64,000 bases of DNA from the NCBI GenBank assembly GCA_910578245.1, contig CAJTPC010000005.1:2850-66849 (forward strand), in the 5' to 3' direction. Position numbers and translations under genes: made by a program. Source of the stretch: an uncultured Christensenella sp. Its GTDB lineage: Bacteria > Bacillota > Clostridia > Christensenellales > UBA3700. Under the pieces are notes generated by a model, which saw only the letters and a list, made by a program, of their open reading frames with translations, searched no databases and was not told where the DNA came from. Positions 20,171 through 29,633 of this stretch are shown here, in pieces; the first letter of the stretch is position 1; the number at the start of each line of letters is the position of its first letter.

Positions 20171-21394
20171 ATGAAAACTAAAGTCTTGAGAGAATACGCA
20201 AAACTCATAGCAAAAAAAGGCGTCAATATCCAAAAAGGACAGGAAGTATGGATTACGGCAAGTCTTGACCAACCTAAATTCGTAGAAATGCTAGTCAAAG
20301 AGTGCTATATACTCGGCGCTAAGAAGGTTGTCGTAGATTGGGTCTGCGATAAATTGACCGTGCTTGATTCAAAGTATATGACGCAAGAAGCTATGAATGA
20401 AATGCCAAATTGGCAAGTAGAAAAGATGAAATACCAAGCCGAAGTTTTGCCGGCAAGAATATATCTGGATTCCGATGACCCGGACGGAATGAAAAACGCG
20501 CGACAAGATAAATTGGCCAACGAACGCATCGCAAAATACGCTATTCGCAAACCGTACATCGACGCTATGGATAATAAATATCAATGGTGCATTGCTTCAG
20601 TAGCCGGCAGAGCTTGGGCGAAAAAGGTTTTCCCAAACGAGCGTCCTGCAAAGGCTGAAGAAATGCTTTGGAAAGCAATCTTATATACTTCCAGAGCGCA
20701 AGGAAATCCTATAGAAAACTGGAATAAGCACAATGAAAATTTGCATTCAAAGTGCGACTATCTAAATTCGTTGGGACTTAAGTACTTGAATTACACGTCG
20801 GACAACGGCACAAATTTAAGAGTTGAACTGCTTGAAAACGCCAACTTTCTTGCAGGTAGCGAAAAGAGCTTGCAAGGCATAGAGTTTAATCCCAATATCC
20901 CAAGCGAAGAAGTCTTCACTACTCCTAAAGCCGGCTCTGTAGAAGGCATTGTCTACTCTACTAAACCTCTATCGTATCAAGGCGCGTTGATAGAAAATTT
21001 CTACGTCAAATTCCATGGCGGAAAAGTTTGCGAAGTCCGCGCTGAGAAAAACGAAGAACTTCTCCGTCAAATGGTATCTATGGACGACGGCGCAAAAATG
21101 CTTGGCGAATGCGCGCTCGTTCCGTACGATTCTCCTATTAATAACAGCGGAATACTTTTCTACAATACCCTCTTTGATGAAAACGCAAGTTGTCACCTAG
21201 CTCTCGGTAGAGGCTTTTCCAACTGCATAAAAGACTTTAATAAATACACGCAAGATGACTTTGACAAAATGGGCGTCAATACCAGTATGATACACGTTGA
21301 CTTTATGATAGGTAACGACTCTCTTGACATTGTCGGCGAAACTAAAGACGGCAAGAAGATACAAATATTCAAGAGAGGAAACTGGGCGTTTTGA
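20171..21394 (+). CDS. M29-family aminopeptidase (AmpS/PepS-like)
   Basis: 407 aa with an N-terminus (LREYAKLIAKKGVNIQKGQEVWI) and overall length typical of peptidase M29. AAGGAG SD. Confidence 0.85.
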   Translation: MKTKVLREYAKLIAKKGVNIQKGQEVWITASLDQPKFVEMLVKECYILGAKKVVVDWVCDKLTVLDSKYMTQEAMNEMPNWQVEKMKYQAEVLPARIYLDSDDPDGMKNARQDKLANERIAKYAIRKPYIDAMDNKYQWCIASVAGRAWAKKVFPNERPAKAEEMLWKAILYTSRAQGNPIENWNKHNENLHSKCDYLNSLGLKYLNYTSDNGTNLRVELLENANFLAGSEKSLQGIEFNPNIPSEEVFTTPKAGSVEGIVYSTKPLSYQGALIENFYVKFHGGKVCEVRAEKNEELLRQMVSMDDGAKMLGECALVPYDSPINNSGILFYNTLFDENASCHLALGRGFSNCIKDFNKYTQDDFDKMGVNTSMIHVDFMIGNDSLDIVGETKDGKKIQIFKRGNWAF

Positions 21395-21415
21395 TAATAC
21401 GTTTTCTCTAATGTC

Positions 21416-21548
21416 GGCTAGGCATACTAAAATGCATCTTTTCCGTCAATTCAATATTCGGCTCACTTCGACGTACGGTAAGTACGACAAAGTTCGCTAA
21501 ATACTAACTTGACAAAAAATATGCTATTTTATTATTTGCATATCTACC
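21416..21548 (+). repeat. Single copy of the 162-bp repeat family (family 2)
   Basis: Aligns by eye with the reverse complement of the 62242-62632 units. Shared blocks are GCATCTTTTCCG, CGACGTAC, AAGTACGAC and CTTGACAAAAAAT. It starts 22 nt after the aminopeptidase stop. Confidence 0.75.
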
Positions 21549-21609
21549 TTTTCGCAAAACGATAAAAATACTCTTCTTCTGAAATAAGTCTTTTCTGACT
21601 CAAATAAAC

Positions 21610-21639
21610 AAAAAGAGCTAATTGCAGATAGCTCTTTTT
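21610..21639. terminator. Bidirectional terminator between the aminopeptidase and pseudouridine synthase genes
   Basis: AAAA-AGAGCTA-N8-TAGCTCT-TTTT between convergent genes. Confidence 0.65.
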
Positions 21640-21668
21640 ATATTATAATATTATATCAATAATATAGC

Positions 21669-22484
21669 TTATTTCTTAACAGCTTTATTTTCTTCTTTGA
21701 TAAGCGTTTTCGTTCTGTCCTGTAGCACGTTGAAATTAGCAAGGTCATCGTAAGGATTTGACGCTATACCTACGTTGAGAAGTCTTGCTATATCGTAAGC
21801 TCTCCAAGGCACTTCGTCCTTTGGCGGGTGCACGATAAAGGTCATGATTTCCTTAGTGGTGGGATGAATAAATTTTACTTCAGTAGCCCAAAGTCCGAGA
21901 TTATGCTTAAAAGTTGCCGGCAATGCCCCGTACTTACTATCTCCAAAAAGCGGTAAACCCAAAGACGCCATTTGAACTCTGATTTGGTGCGAGCGTCCGG
22001 TATGCAGCGCAATCTTGAATAGCGAAAAACCCTTTACTTCTTGCAAAAAGCTGTAATCAAGCAAGGCAAGTTTTGCTCCATCGGTAGCCTGCGGAACTAT
22101 CTGAACTATATTCTTTGCTTGATTTTTCTTCAAATAATGCTTGAGCTGACCGTTGCGTTGTTTAGGCACACCGCAAGTAACGCAGAGATACTTCTTTTCA
22201 AATTCTCCGCTCTTAATCTCTTCGCTAAGTCTAGACGCCGACTTTGAGGTCTTGGCAAATACCATAACTCCGCCCGTCGGTCTATCAAGTCTATGTATTA
22301 AGCCAACGTAAGCGTCTCCCGCTTTGTCGTACTTGTTTATAAGATACTCCTTGACTATTGTCAACATGTCCTTATCGCCGGAACTGTCAGCCTGAGATGG
22401 AATATTGCAAGGCTTGACAACCACGATTACGTGATTATCTTCATATAATACTGCTAAATCTTTGTATGTAAATTCTGTTGCCAT
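21669..22484 (-). CDS. RluA-family pseudouridine synthase
   Basis: 271 aa with the catalytic motif HRLDRPTGGVMVFAKT and GRSHQIRVQ. Confidence 0.88.
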   Translation of the reverse strand: MATEFTYKDLAVLYEDNHVIVVVKPCNIPSQADSSGDKDMLTIVKEYLINKYDKAGDAYVGLIHRLDRPTGGVMVFAKTSKSASRLSEEIKSGEFEKKYLCVTCGVPKQRNGQLKHYLKKNQAKNIVQIVPQATDGAKLALLDYSFLQEVKGFSLFKIALHTGRSHQIRVQMASLGLPLFGDSKYGALPATFKHNLGLWATEVKFIHPTTKEIMTFIVHPPKDEVPWRAYDIARLLNVGIASNPYDDLANFNVLQDRTKTLIKEENKAVKK

Positions 22485-22509
22485 ATTTTCCTTATTTTAT
22501 ATTATTTTC

Positions 22510-22622
22510 TGTCACCCGTAGTGAAGAGGTCTCTTCTGTCATTTCGAGCGTAGTCGAGAAATCTCTATCCTATTTTTATCGGTTGAGGTTTCTCCATTCC
22601 GCTTCGCTACAGTCGAAATGAC
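22510..22622. repeat. Modular hairpin repeat (family 1): V module plus two inverted U modules
   Basis: GTCACCCGTAGTGAAGAGGTCTC, then GTCATTTCGAGCGTAGTCGAGAAATCTC (22538-22565), then the inverted GAGGTTTCTCCATTCCGCTTCGCTACAGTCGAAATGAC (22585-22622). It abuts the stop of the upstream gene. Confidence 0.8.
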
Positions 22623-22623
22623 T

Positions 22624-23490
22624 TTAAGACTTCGATTTCCACAATCCGCTACAACCGCACGGCAGAATAACTCCGTCTTGGGACGGCAGTCCCACTTCGT
22701 ACGCTTGACTCTTACCGCCAAAGTCCTTAAGACAAATTCTCAAAAGATTGTCAATCACTTGCGGTTGAAGCCCTGTCGTATAGGAATTAATTAGGAAAAA
22801 CTGCGGTTTATCGGAAAGAGTTTTTGCGCACTCTTTGACGAGGTCAAAGATGCAATCTTCGAGTTTCCACACTTCTCCGCCCGCGCCTCTGCCGTAAGAC
22901 GGCGGATCCATAATTATTGCGTCGTACTTATTACCGCGCCTAATCTCTCTTGCGATAAACTTATTGCAGTCATCAACGATATACCTTATTCTATCGCTAG
23001 GAATACCGCTCAAAGTAGCGTTGGTCTTGGCTCTGTCTACCATAGCTTTTGCTGAGTCTACGTGAGTGACATGAGCTCCCGCCTTGGCGCAAGCGACCGT
23101 TGCGCCACCTGTATACGCAAAGAGATTGAGGACTTTTATCTGCCGTCCGCTGTCCTTTATCAGTTTTTGCATAATATCCCAATTCACGGCTTGCTCCGGA
23201 AAAAGTCCAGTATGCTTAAAACCCATAAGTTTGAGCGAGAACTTAAGTCCTTTGCGCTCCACCGTGAAATTATCAGGAACGTTGCCCTTATATTCCCATC
23301 TGCCGCCGCCTTGATTGGAGCGAATATACTTTGCGTTGATAGCCTTATTGCTCTCAAGCGGAACATCGCTTTTCCAAATAATCTGCGGATCGGGTCTTAG
23401 GAGCACGAGATTTCCCCACTTCTCCAACTTTTGACCGTTGCCCGTCGCAATTATTTGATAATCTTTCCAATCGGTAGCAACCTTAATCAT
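22624..23490 (-). CDS. Class I SAM-dependent RNA methyltransferase (COG1092/RlmI-like, no PUA domain)
   Basis: 288 aa with LNLFAYTGGATVACAKAGA..VTHVDSA and IIMDPPSYGRG motifs. Confidence 0.75.
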   Translation of the reverse strand: MIKVATDWKDYQIIATGNGQKLEKWGNLVLLRPDPQIIWKSDVPLESNKAINAKYIRSNQGGGRWEYKGNVPDNFTVERKGLKFSLKLMGFKHTGLFPEQAVNWDIMQKLIKDSGRQIKVLNLFAYTGGATVACAKAGAHVTHVDSAKAMVDRAKTNATLSGIPSDRIRYIVDDCNKFIAREIRRGNKYDAIIMDPPSYGRGAGGEVWKLEDCIFDLVKECAKTLSDKPQFFLINSYTTGLQPQVIDNLLRICLKDFGGKSQAYEVGLPSQDGVILPCGCSGLWKSKS

Positions 23491-23492
23491 TA

Positions 23493-26400
23493 TTATACCT
23501 TTTTGACGGCAATCGTCACGCTCTCGCCGTTGATGTCGAGGTCTTTGGTATATCCGTCAAACAGACCTTCTTCAAGAGTATCGCAAAGTACGCCTTCGCA
23601 AATGCTCTTATCGCCCTTAAGCACTTCTACGCACTTACCCGCGCCCTTGTATCCTATCTTGATATGATCGACGACTTCAAAGCCTGCTTCCTTTCTCATA
23701 GTCTGAATCTTGGACGTAAGTTCTCTAGCGATACCTGCGTTGATAAGTTCATCGGTGAGATTGGTATCGAGTACTACGGTCATAGCTACATCGCTTTCCA
23801 ATGCGTAACCGCTCTTGTTTACAGGAGTGATGAGCAAATCGTCTTTTGCAAGTTCTATGCTTACTCCGTCTACTTCAAATTTATATATATCTCCGCCGTT
23901 TACGCAATCAACAATTTCGCCGGCGTTGTCGCAAGTCGTGAGGAATTGACGTATTCCGCCGAGTTGCTTGCCGTATTTAGGACCAAGCGTCTTGAGTTGA
24001 GGCTTGAGTTCATAGGTCATAAACTTTGACTTATCAGTCACTATCATACACTTGCCTACGTTGAGTTCCTCTGCCACTAGATTAAGGATATTAACGTCGC
24101 TTACTTTCTTTTCCGTCAAGATATATACTTCGGAAAGAGGTTGACGGTTTTTGATATTAGCCTTATTTCTAGCCGCTCTGCCAAGCTGTACTGCATCGAG
24201 CACGAATTGCATATCATTCTCAAGGTCAGCGTCTACCATAGACTTATCAGCAATCGGGAACTGACACAAATGCACGCTTTCAGGCGCATTTTTGAAGAAA
24301 CCGCTAACAAGATTTTGATATATACTCTCAGCCATAAAAGGCGTGAACGGCGCAATTACTTTCGCTAAGGTGACGAGTACGGTATAAAGCGTAGTATATG
24401 CGGAAATCTTATCGTCCGTCATATCGCTTGCCCAATATCTTTCTCTGCCTCTGCGAACGTACCAATTAGACAATTCGTCTACAAATTCTGCAATATCTCT
24501 CGAACTCTCGGTAATCTTGTAAGCATCGAGATATTTATCTACCTTGTCAACCAAAGTATTGAGTTTGGAAAGCACCCACTTGTCCATATGCGACAATTTG
24601 CAATCTTTGAGGTTATATTTGCTTGGGTCGTACTTGTCTATATTGGCGTAAAGCACAAAGAAAGAATAGGTATTCCAAAGCGTACCCATAAACTTGCGTT
24701 GACACTCCGACACGTTTTCTGCGGCAAATCTCGACGGTAACCAAGGAGCCGAAGAAGAATAGAAATACCATCTTACGGCGTCTGCGCCCTGAACGTCAAG
24801 CACTGACCACGGATCTACTACGTTACCCTTGTGCTTAGACATCTTAATACCGTTCTTGTCGTTGACGTGACCAAGCACTATACAGTTCTTGAACGGAGCC
24901 TTGTCAAACAAAAGCGTAGAAATCGCAAGCAAGGTATAGAACCAACCTCTCGTCTGGTCTACGGCCTCGCTTATGAAGTTGGCAGGAAATTGCTCTTCAA
25001 ATACTTCTTTGTTTTCAAAAGGATAGTGTAATTGAGCGAACGGCATACTTCCGCTGTCAAACCAGCAGTCCATAACTTCAGGGGTACGTTTCATCTCCCC
25101 ACCGCACTTACACTTGAAAGTAACTCTGTCTATATAAGGCTTGTGAAGTTCTATATCTTCTTTAAGCCCTCCGAGTTCTCTCAATTCCGCTCTACTGCCT
25201 ACTACTTTAATTTCTCCACAATCCGGACATACCCAAATAGGAAGCGGAGTTCCCCAATATCTCTCTCTAGATACGCCCCAGTCAATAACGTTTTCAAGGA
25301 AGTTACCCATACGTCCCGAGCCTATAGCCGGCGGCATCCAATTCACGGTAGCGTTGTTCTTTAGAAGTTTATCTCTCACAGCCGTCATCTTGATGAACCA
25401 ACTTGATCTTGCGTAATACAAAAGCGGAGTATCGCATCTCCAGCAGAACGGATAACTATGCTCAAACAAAAGTTCTTTGAATAGCAAGCCCCTTTCAGCC
25501 AGGTCCTTTATGACGAGCTTGTCGCCGTCCTTGACAAAGATACCTTTCCACTCGCCTAGCGCCTCGACAAATCTACCTCTGTCATCTACCATTTGCACGA
25601 AAGGCAAATCGTACTTCCTACCCACCTTTGCATCGTCTTCACCGAAAGCCGGAGCAATATGTACTATACCGGTACCGTCCGTCAAAGTTACGTAGCCGTC
25701 ATTAGTGATATAGTATGACTTTTTGTTGGTATCATTGGTATTGTAAAGAGGAATGTACTCTTCTTTCTCATATTCCTTGCCAAGTTTTACGCTTATAGTT
25801 TCGTATTCTTCAAATAGCGTAGGAACAAGCGCCTGAGCAAGCACGTAAATCTCATCACCGACCTTTATCTCGGCGTAGTTCTCTTCGCCGTTCATACATA
25901 AAGCCACGTTGGAAGGCAAAGTCCAAGGAGTAGTAGTCCACGCAAGGAAATAACCTTCGTTGTTCTTTCGCTTAAACTTGACGAATACGGATTTCTCCTT
26001 GACGTCCTTGTATCCTTGAGCTACTTCATGAGAAGATAGCGCCGTTCCGCATCTAGGACAGTACGGGACAATTTTGTGACCTTTGTATATCAAGCCCTTG
26101 TCCGCAATGGTCTTGACCGCCCACCATACCGATTCGATATAGTTGTCGTCATAAGTTATGTAAGGGTTGTCCATATCCACCCAATAACCTACTCTGTCGG
26201 ACATCTTCTCCCATTCGCCTTTGTATTTCCAAACGCTCTCTTTACACTTTTTGATAAAAGGTTCGATTCCGTATTTCTCTATTTCAGGCTTGCCGTCAAT
26301 ACCGAGAAGTTTCTCGACTTCAAGCTCAACCGGAAGTCCGTGAGTATCCCAACCCGCTTTTCTCGCAACGTAATATCCTTTCATAGTTTTGTATCTAGGA

Positions 26401-26603
26401 ATAATATCTTTCATAACCCTCGTCAAGATATGACCGATATGCGGTTTGCCGTTTGCCGTCGGCGGACCGTCGTAAAACGAGAATGATTCTTTGCCCTTGT
26501 TCTTTTCCACACTTTTTTCAAAGATTTTGTTTTGTTTCCAAAACTCGATAACTTCTTTCTCTCTTTGACAGAAGTTCATTGAGGAATCGACCTTTTTGTA
26601 CAT
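23493..26603 (-). CDS. ileS: Isoleucine--tRNA ligase (long, type-2-like form)
   Basis: About 1036 aa with HIGH (GKPHIGH) and KMSKS (KMSKHKG) motifs. Start set at ATG 26603 (MYKKVDS), 5 nt after GGAGG. The track TTG start lies within the SD. Confidence 0.95.
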   Translation of the reverse strand: MYKKVDSSMNFCQREKEVIEFWKQNKIFEKSVEKNKGKESFSFYDGPPTANGKPHIGHILTRVMKDIIPRYKTMKGYYVARKAGWDTHGLPVELEVEKLLGIDGKPEIEKYGIEPFIKKCKESVWKYKGEWEKMSDRVGYWVDMDNPYITYDDNYIESVWWAVKTIADKGLIYKGHKIVPYCPRCGTALSSHEVAQGYKDVKEKSVFVKFKRKNNEGYFLAWTTTPWTLPSNVALCMNGEENYAEIKVGDEIYVLAQALVPTLFEEYETISVKLGKEYEKEEYIPLYNTNDTNKKSYYITNDGYVTLTDGTGIVHIAPAFGEDDAKVGRKYDLPFVQMVDDRGRFVEALGEWKGIFVKDGDKLVIKDLAERGLLFKELLFEHSYPFCWRCDTPLLYYARSSWFIKMTAVRDKLLKNNATVNWMPPAIGSGRMGNFLENVIDWGVSRERYWGTPLPIWVCPDCGEIKVVGSRAELRELGGLKEDIELHKPYIDRVTFKCKCGGEMKRTPEVMDCWFDSGSMPFAQLHYPFENKEVFEEQFPANFISEAVDQTRGWFYTLLAISTLLFDKAPFKNCIVLGHVNDKNGIKMSKHKGNVVDPWSVLDVQGADAVRWYFYSSSAPWLPSRFAAENVSECQRKFMGTLWNTYSFFVLYANIDKYDPSKYNLKDCKLSHMDKWVLSKLNTLVDKVDKYLDAYKITESSRDIAEFVDELSNWYVRRGRERYWASDMTDDKISAYTTLYTVLVTLAKVIAPFTPFMAESIYQNLVSGFFKNAPESVHLCQFPIADKSMVDADLENDMQFVLDAVQLGRAARNKANIKNRQPLSEVYILTEKKVSDVNILNLVAEELNVGKCMIVTDKSKFMTYELKPQLKTLGPKYGKQLGGIRQFLTTCDNAGEIVDCVNGGDIYKFEVDGVSIELAKDDLLITPVNKSGYALESDVAMTVVLDTNLTDELINAGIARELTSKIQTMRKEAGFEVVDHIKIGYKGAGKCVEVLKGDKSICEGVLCDTLEEGLFDGYTKDLDINGESVTIAVKKV

Positions 26604-26654
26604 TTTTGCCTCCAAATTTCTTATATGCTAAAATTGATTTTGAATTAATGAGAA

Positions 26655-27971
26655 TTACTTCTCCTCTTTGCTATCATCGCCTTCGGGTAAATTGACGAGA
26701 ACTTCGGCTTTTTCCACAACGGTATTGTCCATTTTCTTGACGGTAATCGCAAGATTATCAAAATTGACAATATCGCCTACTTGAGGAAGCCTATTGAGCG
26801 CAAAAGCAATATATCCGCTCAACGTAACCGTGTCAAACTCCTCCCCGTCCTTGTTGACGTCAAAGTATTCAAAGAATTCTTCAAGGTTGGTTTCGCCAAG
26901 CACGATGTACTTATCTTCCGCAAGCTTGACAAACGGTTCGACTATTTCGTCCCTTTCATCGTATATCTCGCCGACCAACTGTTCTAATATATCTTCCAAC
27001 GTGACTATACCCATAGTTCCGCCAAATTCGTCTACGACTATTGCAAGATGTCTTTTTTCCACCTGCAACTTACGCAATACATCGCTTATTCTCATGCTAT
27101 CCGGAACGTAAATTATGTTCTTGGTCATAATCTTGGAAAACTTGGTTGCGCCGTCAATATACGCCTCGTAGAAGTCCTTTTGATTGATTATGCCGACTAT
27201 AGTATCAATGTTATCTTTGTATACGGGAAGACGGGAATAACCGCTCTCCTTAAAAGTCTTCATTACTTCAGCCATCGAATCGTCAATAGCGACTGCTTCT
27301 ACGTCAACTCTCGGAGTGAATACGTCGCGTACCGTCATACTGTCAAATTCTATTGCCGAGCGTATGAGATCTCCCTCGTACTCGTCAAGACCGCCTTCTG
27401 TCTGAGCCTCGTCAACGTAAGTAATAAGTTCTTCGTCTGTGATATTCTCATTGCCTTTCTTCTTAAAAATCTTGCCGAGAAGACTTTGCAACAAGCCCAT
27501 AAGCCAAACAAATGGGAAAAGCACGTAGTACAGCGCCAAAATAAAAGGCGCGGTAATTCTCGAAAAATACTCCGGAGAACGCTTTGCCAAAGACTTTGGA
27601 GTGACTTCGCCGAAAATAAGCACGACGATTGTAATAACTGCGGTAGATACTACTCCGGCTACGTCTTGATTTGCTATCAAAGCAGAAAACATAATCGTCG
27701 CTAAAGTCGTAGCTGTGATATTGACGATATTATTGCCTATCAAAATCGTAGAAATAAGCGCGTCAAAACGTTCGCTCAAAAAATATACTTTAGCGTATTT
27801 TTTCTTTTCTGTCGTATAAAGATTCTTAAGTCTTATTCTGTTGAGAGAAGAAAAGGCCGTTTCTGTCGAAGAGAAAAATCCTGATAAAAAGACCAATATG
27901 ATAATTGCGACCAAATACCCTATAAGTCGCGAGGGGTCCAATGCGCTTGATGCCAATAAAGGAACAACCAT
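26655..27971 (-). CDS. CNNM/hemolysin-family protein (DUF21-CBS-CorC_HlyC)
   Basis: 438 aa with an N-terminal 4-TM DUF21, a CBS pair, and a C-terminal CorC_HlyC-like region. Confidence 0.85.
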   Translation of the reverse strand: MVVPLLASSALDPSRLIGYLVAIIILVFLSGFFSSTETAFSSLNRIRLKNLYTTEKKKYAKVYFLSERFDALISTILIGNNIVNITATTLATIMFSALIANQDVAGVVSTAVITIVVLIFGEVTPKSLAKRSPEYFSRITAPFILALYYVLFPFVWLMGLLQSLLGKIFKKKGNENITDEELITYVDEAQTEGGLDEYEGDLIRSAIEFDSMTVRDVFTPRVDVEAVAIDDSMAEVMKTFKESGYSRLPVYKDNIDTIVGIINQKDFYEAYIDGATKFSKIMTKNIIYVPDSMRISDVLRKLQVEKRHLAIVVDEFGGTMGIVTLEDILEQLVGEIYDERDEIVEPFVKLAEDKYIVLGETNLEEFFEYFDVNKDGEEFDTVTLSGYIAFALNRLPQVGDIVNFDNLAITVKKMDNTVVEKAEVLVNLPEGDDSKEEK

Positions 27972-28012
27972 AGCAGTTACTATATACTCCTAAAAATTTA
28001 TAAATTATAATA

Positions 28013-28041
28013 ATTATATTACAAGATACACGCTTTGTAAA
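28013..28041 (-). promoter_or_regulatory. Candidate promoter of the CNNM-ileS unit
   Basis: Minus strand TTTACA, 17 nt spacer, TATAAT. Confidence 0.5.
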
Positions 28042-28104
28042 GTGTTTTTGAAGTTAAAAGTCTTTTTATCCGCGATAGCGCGCTAATTTAACAAATATAA
28101 TACG

Positions 28105-28165
28105 CAAAAGAGTCTTTGATTAAGCGATACGGGCAAATTTGTCGCAAGGGCTTAATCAAAGGCTC
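28105..28165 (-). terminator. Long hairpin terminator after the DUF3343 gene
   Basis: About 15-bp inverted repeat GAGCCUUUGAUUAAGC...GCUUAAUCAAAGACUC followed by UUUUG. Confidence 0.6.
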
Positions 28166-28166
28166 T

Positions 28167-28427
28167 CTAAATTATCAGACTGTACCTTATACCGCCCTGT
28201 CCCATATATGCTTGATATAACGAGCATTTGACCTTGGACGGGCAAGATTTTATCAATCCGACGAGAGTGGACGACGATACGCTTTGAATTTTAAGCGCAA
28301 GTCCGCAAGACTGCGTCAAACTTCTGGGCGCGTTGACAGTCGCGCTCGTTACGCCTCTCGACGATAAGTAACTGCGCATAGCAAGCGCGTCGTTTCGGGA
28401 GCGAAAAGTTATTAGAGAATAAATCAT
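28167..28427 (-). CDS. DUF3343-like small protein (putative S/Se carrier-like)
   Basis: 86 aa with FRSRNDALAMRSYL...VNAPRSLTQSCGLALKI, matching the DUF3343 pattern (P..l..sCG.al). AAGGAGG SD. Confidence 0.6.
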   Translation of the reverse strand: MIYSLITFRSRNDALAMRSYLSSRGVTSATVNAPRSLTQSCGLALKIQSVSSSTLVGLIKSCPSKVKCSLYQAYMGQGGIRYSLII

Positions 28428-28502
28428 GACTTCCTCCTTGGTATTTATGTAACTCGCTCCTAATACAATATATTAGATAAAAAACTTTTATGTGAGGGAA
28501 AA

Positions 28503-29633
28503 ATGATATATTTAGACAATGCCGCAACTTCAAGATTTAAGCCAAGACGTATGTTTGACGAAATGTTCAAACAGCTCTCCTACTCGTCAAATGCCGGTCG
28601 TGGCGGTCACAACGATGCAATAGATACCGCTATAAAGATATACGACACGCGTCAATTACTAAAATCGTTACTTAAGTGTGACGAAAGATACGAGCTTATC
28701 TTTACGTCCAACTGCACCGAAGCGTGCAATCTCGCCATATTCGGATACTTACTAAACTTCAAAAATCAACACGTAGACGTGATTTTTACGTCTAATGAGC
28801 ATAATTCCGTAGCCCGTCCGCTCTATCAACTAAAAAATACTATGGACGTAAATCTCATTGAAGTAACTCCCGACAAAGACGGTATAATTTCTCCCGTAGC
28901 TGTCGCCAACGCCATAACGGCTGACACAAAATTGATATGCGTCAATCATATCTCCAACGTTACGGGAAATTTGACGGATATTTATTCTATTGGCAAAACC
29001 GCAAAGTTGCACAATATTCCGCTCTTTGTAGACGGCGCGCAATCGCTTGGTCACGTAGCTTTGGATATGGTGGAAAACAATATATCTTTCCTTGCAGGCG
29101 CAGGACATAAGGGCTTGCACGGCTCGCAAGGCACGGGCTTTTTGATATACGACACCGAGTACAACTTGCTTCCTATTCGTTACGGCGGTACGGGCACGCA
29201 CAGCGAAAGCCTAACCCAACCGTCCGTTCCGCCCGAAGCGTACGAGTCCGGCACCGTCAACAGCGCGGGAATTATCGGCTTGGGCGCAAGCGCGGAATGG
29301 ACGTATCAAAACCTTGCCAAAATCTCTCTCAACACGCGTTATTTGACGGGAGAATTGCTCTACGGTCTTAAACAAATCAAGAACGTAAGGCTTTATTCCT
29401 CCCAAACAACCGGCGTGGTGTCTTTCAATTTCAAGGACTACTCCTCTACAGATATAGGCGACTATCTCAACGAACATGACATTGCCGTAAGGTGCGGTCT
29501 GCACTGCGCTCCGCTGATTCATACTCAACTGGGCACTTTGGAAAGCGGTACGGTAAGAGTGAGCGTGGGATATAACAATAGTATAAAAGACATTCATACA
29601 ATACTCCGCCATATAGACAACTTAAATAGGTAA
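28503..29633 (+). CDS. Class V aminotransferase / cysteine desulfurase family protein
   Basis: 376 aa starting IYLDNAATS, with a PLP-Lys region AGAGHKGLHG and an active-site-like VRCGLHCAP (group II/SufS-like). Confidence 0.85.
   Translation: MIYLDNAATSRFKPRRMFDEMFKQLSYSSNAGRGGHNDAIDTAIKIYDTRQLLKSLLKCDERYELIFTSNCTEACNLAIFGYLLNFKNQHVDVIFTSNEHNSVARPLYQLKNTMDVNLIEVTPDKDGIISPVAVANAITADTKLICVNHISNVTGNLTDIYSIGKTAKLHNIPLFVDGAQSLGHVALDMVENNISFLAGAGHKGLHGSQGTGFLIYDTEYNLLPIRYGGTGTHSESLTQPSVPPEAYESGTVNSAGIIGLGASAEWTYQNLAKISLNTRYLTGELLYGLKQIKNVRLYSSQTTGVVSFNFKDYSSTDIGDYLNEHDIAVRCGLHCAPLIHTQLGTLESGTVRVSVGYNNSIKDIHTILRHIDNLNR

Noticed and set aside
20027-20272. An 81-aa minus-strand ORF in the ytxC/aminopeptidase divergent region.
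   Set aside because: It overlaps the consensus + strand promoter and the 5' end of the aminopeptidase gene. It is Cys/Phe-rich with no SD.
22539-22721. Track ORFs that translate repeat elements: 22539-22721, 29641-29853, and the N-terminal part of 31468-31803.
   Set aside because: Their sequence is the dispersed hairpin repeat itself (peptides such as ...RNGETSTDKNRIEISRLRSK). They have no SD, and they overlap the ends of real genes.
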